Part shown: in pieces, positions 35,761-47,208 of the stretch
Position numbering within the stretch: position 1 is the stretch's first letter
Layout: each line of letters begins with the position of its first letter
Source of the DNA: Massalongia carnosa
Taxonomy: Eukaryota
DNA: 64,000 nt
NCBI GenBank assembly: GCA_965645245.1
Contig: OZ287075.1
Span: forward strand, 1,240,001-1,304,000
Reading direction: 5' to 3'
Translations under genes and position numbers: made by a program
The notes under the pieces: model-generated
Told to the model about the DNA's origin: nothing
The model's input: only the letters and a program-made list of their open reading frames with translations
Databases searched by the model: none

Positions 35761-37650
35761 CTACCGCACCACGCCATTCCTCTCCGTCAATACAATCCCT
35801 TTACCGCCGCCGCCGTTACTGCTGCCCCCCGACTCCCCCTCTCCGACCCACGACCCATCGTCTTCGGACCTAACTCGCTTGGTCCGACTGCCTTCCTCTC
35901 GCCTTGAGCGTCTGCGTCGCTTCCGTCTTGCAAAACCATCCACCCCTTTCTCCCCTTTGGGACTTTCTATCCCCTCTTCACGGCTTGGAGCGGGCGCTAA
36001 CCCAGCCTCGACGCGCATCCGCTGCACCACGGGCCCGAGTGCGAACTGGCTCTCGCCCCGATCGTGCTGACAGCAAGGGCTATGCGTAAGGGGGATAAAC
36101 CACTCGTACCAGCGCTCGCCCATGACGGACTTGAAGTTTGCAAAGGCACCCAAATCCCAAGGGTTTTCGCCTGGTTTACTGTGCAGGATTGCAAAGGTCC
36201 TTGGCTGGGGGTTTGGGTTTTGAGAAGGAGAAGAAGGGGATACTAATGGGTATGAGATTATGGGGAAGGGAGGGGAGGCCAAGGGTCGCGGAATATATAT
36301 TGCTAACTGCCAGACTTTGTTGCGGCGACTTAGGTTCTCGATGGTGGTTGTGTTGAGGATGACGAATTGAAGGGAACTCCCTGTTAACCCAATTGTGAAC
36401 GGGGCGAAGAATGCAGCGCTGCAAAAGTCGTAGTTAGTGGATTTGAAGCTAATTGGAGAAAGCGAATGGTAGACACCCACAAAGTGATTGTGACGATATG
36501 ATGATGATTGGTCTAGATGTAAAAAATATGTTAGCCTTGCAGGGACACAAGATGTCGGATTAAGCTTTTGTCTTGATGAAACGGAGCCGCATCCTTGCGT
36601 GGAAGGCTCGTTGGGAACAGGGATTGGATTCCTGGGTATAGAGAGGCAGATCGATGGGACGATCCCCAGGGCGTAACGAATTAGTGATAATTACAGGCGC
36701 GGAAAATCGCTTACCTTCTTTTTCAGCTCCGAGATAACAACTCCCATGATGATTAAGACGAAAATGCAGTATAGCGCGGTCCAGGCTACGAATTGGAGAA
36801 AGAACTTAAACGATGTTTCGGAGATAACACCCCCCACCCTATTTGTGATTTAACAAGGTCAGCCTTTTCACTCTTACAAAGGGCCCAGTAGACATTTCAA
36901 CCCAAGCAGACAGCGCTAGATGTTGAATTACTCACCAAGGACAGAAATGATCCATCTTTCGTACGCAACGACCTACCTCGCGGCAATGATGAGCTCTGTC
37001 GGGCTTCCAATTCAAACAATAGGAACACCATATAGGCTTTCCATTCCCTTCGCATGTAAATACTTCCTTGCCGAAAAACTCCCGCAGATCTGGCGAGGCA
37101 TCATCTGCCGGGAGAGGTCTTGTAGTTGGGGTCCCAGATTTTGTAGAGTCGCTGCCATACGCAAAGCCTTGAAGACTACTGCCATCCCAATTGCTATCTC
37201 GCACCACCTGGCCGGGCTTTTCTACTGAGGCGGGGTCTCTTGATCTTTCTTTGCCCCAGCCAAGGGTCTTCCGCTTACCGCTCTTCTCAGAACGTTCATA
37301 ATACTGAGGGCCTCTCAGAACGTAGCCAGGATTCAATATAACCGTCGAAATCAATCGGAGGTATGATATGGACATGAAAAACAGCAGGAAAGTATATATA
37401 ACAATAACCGCAACGGCCGTTCTATTGCGCGGTTTGTGCAGCAAAACTGGAGGTCGAAGGAAATAATCCACTGTTTGCTTCAAATCAGCAGAAGATTTTC
37501 CATGTAGATGTTCAATGACTGACCGCAAACCACCACAATCACGATATACGTCACATAACCTACGATCGCGGCCAGGCAGGTAGGTATTATACGGGCGGTA
37601 ATGCGGTTGACCAGCTTCTGGTTAACCCCAGCTTTGGTCGGAGGGGCCAT
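35761..37650 (-). CDS. PFA5: DHHC-type palmitoyltransferase (PFA5-like), multi-exon
   Basis: [45 protein letters not shown] (DHFC variant typical of filamentous-fungal Pfa5), plus NTTTIENL and GENPWDLG. Introns 37471-37523, 36839-36935, about 36512-36714 and about 36419-36480; the last two are less certain. Confidence 0.9.
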
Positions 37651-39146
37651 CAATCCGTCCTCCGTTATGACTGAGCCTTCAAAATGTGGTGCAATATCAA
37701 GAAACACATAATCATCCGTGCTTTCGATGAGGAACTTTGTAAGATGAGAAGGGTATGGGAAAGTAGGTAATTTAGGCGAAAGCAGGAGATGAATCTGGAA
37801 CAGCCTTGTAAGGCGAAGAGATGACACTAGTTGAAACGAACCACGCTAGAGTTTCTTACAATGTAACAAACTCGTGACGTGTTGATCTCGAACGTGAGCC
37901 TCATGTCCCCTTCCCTCAAAAACCCTCTTCCTTTCATCTCTCACCCCATTTGCCATCGTTCATATGCGATTTCAATCAAGCGGGTCTTAGCATCCCATTG
38001 ACACGCCCAGTCCCATCGTTGCACTGCCTCTAGTGTATCTCTAAGCCCAGGGAGAAAGACGTTCTGTTTCCTTGTCCGCCGGGCTCTCATAGCCTTACGT
38101 TCTGAGGCCCCTAAGGCTTACTCGCCTCTTTGCTTCGCCATCCCTAATGTAAAGCCCCATACTATCAGATGATATCGGGCATCTTCATTAGAGAGCGACC
38201 TTAAAAATTATCATGGAAGTAGTGCTCTCTCTACGAAAGCCTAGCCACAAATCCGTCGCAGAGGAGGGCAATGGTCATGAAAAGGCGGACGTACGTATAC
38301 CCATGCTCATCATCTTCGAGTGATGCTGACACTGTTTAATTGAGTGCTGAAGCCCTAGGGGGTTGTACCTGAGCCCCAACAATGAGAAAGAGAACCCTAA
38401 CTACCTTCCTGGGCAACATGTAGCGTGGACTCTGGCCGCTCGTGCGACCTCTCTAATCTCAAGAACAGGAATAGGTGCTTACTTGGTCCTCCCACCATGG
38501 ACTACACTTTATGGTTAGGTATTTAACTATTTGCTTAGTCACGCCTCCTGGTAGGAGTCCTTCTGACATCCTCGTTTGCTTTGGTATCATGCTTCTTCGT
38601 CTCTCTTATTGGAACATATCGGCTAGGAGTAATCAGTTTATTCATCTTTTTTGGAAAATATTGAGGAGAGCAAGGATATGTCCTGCTTGGAAGTAACTAG
38701 AGGGTTGTTCCTTGGACCCATCCTCCCGTGATCCCATTTTTAATCACGTTTGCCTCAATCCGTTATCTTGTTTTCTTCTATTGACATTGCCTTAAATGAA
38801 CCAACACAATGTGTGTCATATTATGCCCTGCACAGCTTTGTATAGAATCTTTACACCTAATATTATTGGAAGCCCTTGACATCCTTCTTAGTGTAACCCT
38901 ACAGCCGGTGTCACGGTTGTTGTGGTTATTCGCCCTTTTGTGGCTTGGCGAGGCCTTGAAAAATGAAGCCCCGTCTCATGGATACATCATAAATATCCTA
39001 TATCTTATTATCATGCCCATGAGGAGGGTTGTTTCTCGACATTATTTGGTATTGTTGACACTTCGCACACCACTGAACTACTGTATAACGCATAACTTGC
39101 CTCTTACTATCCAGCGTCAATTCGATAACCTCATTGGAGCACCGCT

Positions 39147-39741
39147 ATGGCTGAAGTAAGTACTCATATTCAAACTTGTCTTAAGCTTTGCTTACAATGA
39201 GAAGGATCGCCCGCACACTGGCGCTATGCAAGTCAACGGCATGACGCGAAACAATTCTCCAGTCTACTTTTTCTATCCTCCAGATCCTTCTGGAAGAAGA
39301 CCGAGTGAGCGAACCCTTCTTCAATATGCGAGCCCAGCAGAACGGGCAGCCGATCAAGGTCGTGGTGGAGACCAACAATACCAGCAAAATATTTCTCCAC
39401 GGTTAAACTCGACGTCGCAGCCTAGGCTTTCCCAGCAGAACCAACATTCAGCTTTGGACCTGACACCCACCTCGTCTCGCCGTCATGCTGGGGAATCGTA
39501 TGAAAACTCTGGTAATGCTGGGGGGAACAGCTCATTGTCAAGAAGTAACAACAGCGGCCATCATTCTCGAACCGAGCCACAAAGCATAGAATACTGGCGT
39601 TGTTGCCAACCGGGATGCGGCCAAGTGGGCCGGTACATTTCCAGGATACATGTTACGTGCATCGCAGGCTGCCGCAGACCGAGGTGTCTCCAATGTTCTT
39701 CTGAAACGGAGATTTTCCGGGATTACCCACCCCCATGGTGA
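39147..39741 (+). CDS. Cys-rich protein B: disordered N-terminus plus a C-terminal WxCC module
   Basis: ATG GCT GAA | intron 39156-39204 (gtaagt...cttac...aag) | joins in frame to the 39226 ORF. Module: WRCCQPGC-x13-CIAGCRRPRCLQC. Confidence 0.75.
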
Positions 39742-41232
39742 AGCATTGTACCTGTAGGCATGGTGTTGGTTTGGCTATGGGCCAATGACCTTTATTGGAG
39801 CAACAGGGGCTTCTCAACATAAATTTGCAGTATCTTTGATTCTCACAAGCCTTTGTCCTTCTCTGCGATATTGGACGAAGACCCTCTGAAGACATTCTCA
39901 TGTAGTCCATTTTTTTGAAATGCACAACTGTTGTATCACTAGCTTCAATTGCTTTTAGCGATTTCTTTAGTCAAAGATATATGTTTCAAGGTTCTGTAGG
40001 AGTAGGTTAAGATCTTGCCAAGCATGGTAAGTTAAGTAGGAAAAAAGGCGTATTCTCAGCTAGTCACATTATCACCCAGAATCGGCTATGTTTCTTCAAC
40101 CATTGGAGCTGTTCAAGCTGTTCAAACTGTGCCGCGATCACGAATTTCGAGGCTGAGGAAGCGGTTTAGAATATAGCAATTTCGACCAAGCCTCCTGGGG
40201 TCCATACAGTGTGAGCTAAGTTTCTGGAGTAGGAACCTGCTCTTAATTCATGTGCAACTAATCTGTTATAGCATTACATGCTCAGATTTACGTTTAAACT
40301 ATGGTAACACCAAAAATGGATGGTTTCTGATCTCCAAATCTCTTCACGCAGGATTTGGCAAAGCTAAAGACCGAAGATCCGCCAGAGTGTGATTCCAAGT
40401 CGATGTTACATACTCAACTTCGCCCGCTCCGGCATGGCCTTTGGTAGTTGGGCCTATTTTTCTCACAAGCAGCTTACCCGTACTGAGAGAAAGCTAGTGA
40501 TCGACCTCGTTGCAAATCGTTGATCCGCGAATGAAGATGCCTCGAAGACTCTTTCAGCATCAGATCATGGACTAGGTCTCTAATTTTCTCCATAGGTGGG
40601 TATAGGATTAACATGCATGTCACTCAAGCATGCATCAGATCCTTTTTTTTTCCGAACTGGATTGGAATCGTTACATTGTTCCTTTGCATGTTCCCTACGA
40701 GTAAGCTTTTCACACACCACCCTTGATCCTATCACCATTCATACGGGGAGTTTCTTCTTCGCATGAAGATTATGTGTCATCCACCTACCCTATGCTTGCT
40801 TTACGCGCGGATGCAAAGGATAACCAGCTTCATGCAACGTCGATCCTCAGAATGCTTTTAACTGAACGGCACTAGTGGCTCTGAAGAAGTTTGTATGACC
40901 ATCTCAGCCATATCACGAGAGCTATACCCGCCATTCACTGGTTTTCCATCTCCGGTGATTTCTACACCGCGTCTATCCTGGGTCCTCAGGGTGCGACCTT
41001 GCTAGTTGCTAATTGCCTTTCGCTGTGCCGATTAGTTGTAAAATATTTCACGAGATTCGTCATGCCCAATGTGTCTCCCTGTCATCATGCAATGTTTTGC
41101 GACACACATTGATTGGTCTGGCTTATGAAGTCGTTACGGCAATTTTTAGAGAGAGGAAACCTTTGGGGCGAGGACCTTGTCTCATAATCTACCATCCTTC
41201 GCCTTCGCCTTTGTACTAATATGCTCTCAACT

Positions 41233-41240
41233 TATATAAG
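41233..41240 (+). promoter_or_regulatory. TATA-like box of Cys-rich gene C
   Basis: TATATAAG 115 bp upstream of the ATG at 41348. Confidence 0.45.
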
Positions 41241-41347
41241 TTCTCAGTGTTCCAGACCGATGAATTTCTTCTGTATAAATTGTATTCTCTGGTAGCCCTT
41301 CAATTGATTTTCTATCAGTTTACCATTAATTTACCATTACAGCCAAC

Positions 41348-41894
41348 ATGTCTTCTCCCAGTTTTTGGTATTGTGGATTTTGCAGGTATGGCCCAATGAC
41401 CCTTGCCATTGTCGACCATTGCGTTATTTGCTTTCGTCAACGAGATTTCTATGCTACATACGAAACAACCAAGTCGTCTTCCATTGGCAAACAGCCAGCT
41501 ATAATGCTTCTACCTGCGGCATCTTTGGACACTCCTCAAGTCGACTCCTTACCAGCAAGAGCCTCAAAGCTTGATAGACCATCAGCCACTATGGACTATC
41601 AGTGTGGAATAATTTATGGGAACAAGTCATATCACCATCGACATCATTCCGTACACCCCTCCTCACCAAGACAAGACATTGATCAGCAGACGATTTCTGA
41701 TCAACCTGTCATTCCCACAAAGTGGTTTTGTTGTCAATGTGTGCAACTCCCCCCCCCCCCCCCAATAGTATATATGATTCGCGAAGCTGATAGTCTAAGG
41801 TAATGACGGTCCAAAGTACATAACAACCGAAGCCAAATGTGTTAATGGTAATTGCGGCCATGTGAAATGCAACAACTGCTGCACAGATCCCTAA
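41348..41894 (+). CDS. Cys-rich protein C (161 aa): N-terminal WYCGxC module and C-terminal WFCC module
   Basis: Intron 41739-41799 (gtgtgc...gctgat...aag) splits a Cys codon. Splicing completes WFCCQC-NDGPKYITTEAK-CVNGNCGHVKCNNCC. N-module: WYCGFC-RYGPMTLAIVDH-CVICFRQRDFYA. Confidence 0.85.
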
Positions 41895-43519
41895 AAAAAG
41901 TATGTGAACCTAATTTAGGTTACCAGTCTCTACTGTTGCTGACCTGAAACGCAGAAGAGGTCGCTCCCGCAGCCCTTCTCTCCGCAGCTCGATATCGCCG
42001 CTATTTGAAATGCGTTCCTTACATCTATGAAACTTGATTGTTTACGCTTAAATGGTCGTTATAGCTTGGATAGTTCCGTTTTGAGACTTGGCTTTTTGTT
42101 TCTCGTTACTTTTGCGGCAACGAACTTGTTTCGGCCTCTACAAACTGCATGAAATTATCCTGTATCATTACGGAGTTGGAGTGGGATATAGATCTTAAAC
42201 TACTCGTATCTTTAGTCTACGCAAGCTGTTTAGCTATTCCTTTTTGGTGTTCCTGTGTAATCTCTATGTATGCGACGATGACACAAAGCATCTACGCACA
42301 AGTTAACTGCTTTTATTTTCCGGTCATATTATGCATTAAACATGGGGTGTTCCACGGGCTATTGAAGCATTCCTCGCTGGGGGGCTGAACTAGCTGGATT
42401 TGCTGCAAAACTTAGATCCTCTCCCATTGAAGACGGTGCAAAATAATCTCCTGTCGCTCCCAAAAGTAGAAGGATGCAAGCTCCTGACTGGCGCCCTTCG
42501 TTGCAGGGCCTACATCGACCACTCGTTTACCCTGCAGCGGCATCGAGGAAAATACTGGCATAGGCAGGGCTGAGTAGTGTGTCGGTTTGCAGATTCCTTC
42601 TCAAGGCTAAGCGCTTATTCTTCTAGAAAACAAATGACTCGGCTTTATTCCGCGCCTCACCGTACTTTGAGGAGCGGGTAAAATACCCAAGAAATAGGAT
42701 TCCCGATAATTCCACGTGGCATGATCCCAAAACGAGGCTGCATCGGCTTCATCGTGCGTCTGTTAACCGGGAAACCTGCAGTACCGAGAAGCTTCCTCAC
42801 TCCTGAAATCGGTATCGCAGGATCTTGGGACATGGCGGTTTTTTCTTACCCTGGCACACGGCGCTGCTGCTGCTGCTGCTGCTAGATAGATTCACAGTTT
42901 CGCTCGGGCTCCAATGTTATGGATGCTGAGGACTCGGGATGTCCGCATGCAATTTTCCATCGCTCGCCACCAGGATCCCACTTCACCTTACGGGACCAAA
43001 CACACCAGGCCACCCAGGGCGCATTTTCCTTCCGACCCTGCCACAACGACAAAGTCGCAAAACGAGTTCGTGTCTTCCCCGCTAGCTCTAAACTGGCGCG
43101 GATCGTGGGCGAAGTTGCCCATCCTCATCATCATCATCATCATCACCATCACGCACGACCGCCTCCCCTTTTTCATTGAGTCATTTCCAGGATAGGGGCC
43201 TCTCCGAAAGGCCTTGGGAGCATGGCACTAAACTAGCTGGCCTGAATGGCTTCGCCAGGAAAGCGAAGCCTCCCCCTCTTTTCGCAAAACCATGTGCTCC
43301 TATCTCTCATAGGCCCTTTGTTTTCGACAAATCGGGAAATCAAATTCGTGGCTATGGGCTTGGATTGTGGAAACGGCACGCTGTTGAATCCTCCTTCCCC
43401 CAAATCTGGTGGCCGAAAGGAGAGGACGTCATTCCTCACGTCCTGAGTTTTAGGGAATACAAGGGAAGACTCATCATTTCATGCCTGATTTTTGTAGAGG
43501 CGAACTTTTGCTAGAAGGG

Positions 43520-43526
43520 TATAAAA
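43520..43526 (+). promoter_or_regulatory. TATA box of Cys-rich gene D
   Basis: TATAAAA followed by a C/T-rich leader to the ATG at 43748. Confidence 0.5.
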
Positions 43527-43747
43527 GCCCCACTCCCTCTCATGTACAAATCTCAACAAATATCACACGTTTACCTTCAATCATCCATCTCACATTGCCC
43601 ATTTGTCGTCTCTAATTCTCACTTCTCCTCCTGTCCAATCCATTCAGACGCATCCTCCTCATCCAATTACACCCACTCTTCACCTTATCATTTCGCCCAC
43701 CTCACCATTCTAGCTCATTCGTTTACCTCCATAAACACTCGAAGAAA

Positions 43748-43900
43748 ATGGATAATCTCCCAGTTAAGCCGAGATGGTACTGCGGGCACTGCCAAATGGG
43801 CCCCATGTCTTCTAAGTTCGACAAGCACTGCATGTTCTGCTATCGCAAGAAAGACTCCCTCGCTACAGTCGATCAATCCCCACCACCTCAGAAACGCTAG
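43748..43900 (+). CDS. Cys-rich micro-protein D (50 aa), single WYCGxC module
   Basis: MDNLPVKPRWYCGHCQMGPMSSKFDKHCMFCYRKKDSLATVDQSPPPQKR*. Colinear with the N-module of protein C, with strong aaaATGg context. It is below the ORF-track length cutoff. Confidence 0.85.
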   Translation: MDNLPVKPRWYCGHCQMGPMSSKFDKHCMFCYRKKDSLATVDQSPPPQKR

Positions 43901-46900
43901 TGGTTGCCGTCTCCGCGGCGTGGGAGCGCCTCGCTCATCTGGGTCCTCAGCATGCCAATCTCGATCGATCACGCGTTCCACCGATCCTCATGCTACACAC
44001 CGGAAACACCTACTTGATCCGAAAACAAACCTTTACACCCCATCTGCAAGGCATTTTCTTTTTTAGCGGTTCGGCATTTGAGATTTAGCGAGTTTTTCCA
44101 CTACTTCTTCGGCATAGCTCTCTGTTCTATACCTTTAGGCTAGGAGGTATTCTTTTGTTCGCGGCGAATGTTAGTCTCTAAGATTTCACCGCATATTTTC
44201 CGCCAGTGGAGTACCAGCCTACCTACTATCGACAGCATAAGCGAGCACCACACCAGTATCCTTCCTTTTGTTTTTCCCCCCTCCCCCTCCCTTGGATTTG
44301 CGAGCGATGATCTTCCATGGCATTTTGTGGAGCAAGGCATCAACAATCTACGGCGATTGGGTTTTCTCGATTCTTCTTGTTCTGCGGCCCGGTTGAAGAC
44401 AGGGAGGAAGGGAAAGGGGTAGTGGTCTGTTTTGAACATTGTAGGATTTTGTTTTTTGGTGTCGAGGCTTTCTACTGTCCTTTGCGCGAAATGGGCGGTT
44501 AAAGATTTCCCTGTCATTTTTCATGTACCGTTAACCCAAACCTGTGAGATTAAATACACCCTTTAACAACCCTTTTAGAAATTCTGCTTTCCAATCAAAA
44601 ACTCGTCTCCCCTTCTCCCCCGGGGGTAAAATCCCAGTGCCTAGGCTTTTGCTCGTTCCTGTGGATTTTTTCTTCTCGGAGAAACCAAGTTTAGTTCGTG
44701 AATTGGGGGGAAGTTGGGGGGGTTTGAAGGAGAAAGGAACAGCAGGACTTTGGCGTTGGCTTTGGAAATAACGAGGGGCTGGAAACCACTTAGGGGGAGG
44801 ATTTTACTTACCGATTGTTGACTTCGTTAATTAAGTGCCTTTTCCTTATCAGAGAGAGATTTCGCTGTTCTTATTTTTGGGTTGGGGGGGGGGGGGGGTG
44901 CCACGATCGTCTCACGCGCCGTAAAAGTCCTCCCTATTTTCCCGAAACGCATGATACTCGACAAAGCCAACCTTGTGCAACTCCGTTCTCGTCCCACCTC
45001 CCCCCATCCTCTCCCTTCTACTGTATCACCTCCCCATTTTCGCTTTTGCCCTTAGTCAGCTAGGTATGCAAGTCTGTATGCATGTATGTATATAACGCGT
45101 AGGCACTTGCCGGGCTTTTAGGGCAAGAATATCTTTTCCGTATCGAGCGCTTCTTGGAATTCCCCCAAAACCTCCCGGCCGGAACCTACCGACTACCCTG
45201 TGGCTTACGTCCCTGTCTTACCTTGCCTATCATCGCATTGGGTCATCGACTGTTCACATCATTGCATCTCCATCTTTCCATTCGCTCTGTGCTTGTAAGG
45301 ATCCATGTTGGTGACATGGAAAGACCGGAGAAGGCAACGTGGAAGGACGAGATACGACGGTGGCAAGGAGGACATGGCAAGGGGAAAGTTCTTTGGGAAG
45401 ATGAGATAAAAGGCGACAAGGAAGGAATAGAGGTAAAGAATATGACGAAAGGACAAGGGTGTTCAGCACCAAGCCCCAACATGGGGGGAAAGGTGGGACG
45501 AGTGATTGATGGGACCGGGGGGGGGTAGGGTTAAAGTAACTAGAACGGGAAGAATATGGAGATTACAGCTTCTGAACGAGATTTAACCTTTCACCGTCAT
45601 CCCAACCAAGCCTCCCCTCCTCCCCCACTCTTCATAGCCCTGCTCCATAGCCCAGCCGGGCCCACCATGGATGGAGAAATCAGACACCCGAAAAGACACC
45701 TCACAAATCCTACCGCAGCGCAGCGCGATGGGGGAAAAAGAGTGAGAGAGAGAGAGAGAAAGAGATAACCGAGCGAAATAGTAAGGGAGGCGGAGCGGGA
45801 GGCGGAACGAAAAGGGAAAAAAAAGGGCAAGACCAAAACGAAACGGGAATGGACACGAGAGTGACAGTGAGAGAGAGTAACAGTGACAATGACAATGAAC
45901 ATGAAGTTAGCCTGAGCAGGCAGCAACAGGTCCGCCCAACCCCACCAACCAACCAGAACAAGACAAAGGAAAGTGGAGCACGACCAGCATCCTCATCATG
46001 ACTCAACATCCGCAAGCGGTCAGGAAAGTGGAACACCTCAAGGCAGACGTTTAGCTAAGGGGGACTAACCTAGTTAGATGCCTGAAAAAGGCAATTTCTG
46101 CACGTAAAGGGGAAAACCTCCCAACCCCCCAACCCCCTCCCCTCCCAGTCACCGCGTACTCCTCATCAATGAGCCTTACCATGGCTGTGACTCGAACACG
46201 AAAAAGGAGCAGTTCGAGCGGTGTGCGCCTTAGGCTGAAGTCTGCGAGAAGAGGGAGGACGAGACGGAAAACCAAAAGGACTCGGGTTAGTGCGTCCCTT
46301 TCTCTCCCAACTAACGTATCAGAGTACCTAACTAGTGGTTTTTGACCCCCAAAGGTACCAGCCTTATGTGTTCCCCCACCCCCCCCACCCCCCCAAGCCC
46401 TCTTTGCTCTTCACCAGTCGTCCTCCTAGGCCCCAGGGAACTGAATTAACTAACTAGGTAGCGTTGTTCCTCTGTGTTCTACGCCTGTTCGACGCAACGC
46501 CCTCGAACAGCCACCTTTGGTCGGGGGGTGTCAGACGTCATTTGACACACGCCCTAGGCGCGCGCCCTCTTACGAAATCCCTGCGTGCGCCCTCGTCAAG
46601 GATCACCAACTAAGCCTTAACCGTCTTGCTTATCCAGGCCCTCGCATGACAAAACGGTCACGTGATCATGCGGTGTCTGTTGTGGTACCACCGAATTAGT
46701 CGTGCTGAGCCATCTTTTCGGAAACGGAAGGGCATCCATCCCCTTGACCCTTTCATTCCGCGAGTTTTTATTTTTAGGGAGAGTTGGGGGAAGGATATGG
46801 TGCGCTTCGGAGACGAGGACAGAGAAGAAAGAATTATGGTTTTCGGGTTCCGCATTTGGATTCTCACTCCTGTTAAGAAACTGGTTAACTAGGTAGTTAC

Positions 46901-47208
46901 TCTGCACCTCGCATTGAGTCGTTCGTCATGCTTGCGCTGGATGAAACGGAGATCGTCATCCGTTCTTCATCCTTCAATGCCCATCCTACGAACCCAAATG
47001 CGCGGCATCATCCGTGCGACACAGCAATGGGTTGAAATGGAATTGGGGGGGAAAGAGTTCCTCGTCGATCTTTCTAATGCGCGACATTGAATCCTCCCAT
47101 CTTCTCCGTCAGCCATCCTTGATCTTTCACGGTCATCGTTTCAACATGTTAAAAGATCATCATCCGGATCATGATGCCTTCTTATCTTTCCTTCCTTCCT
47201 CGGATCCT

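Noticed and set aside
43898..44017. Stop read-through or A-to-I editing of micro-protein D (TAG followed by a short open frame)
   Set aside because: The extension has no module or recognisable motif.
44100..47200. Numerous 60-180 aa ORFs on both strands
   Set aside because: Low-complexity purine/pyrimidine tracts with no conserved motifs; probably UTR or intergenic sequence.
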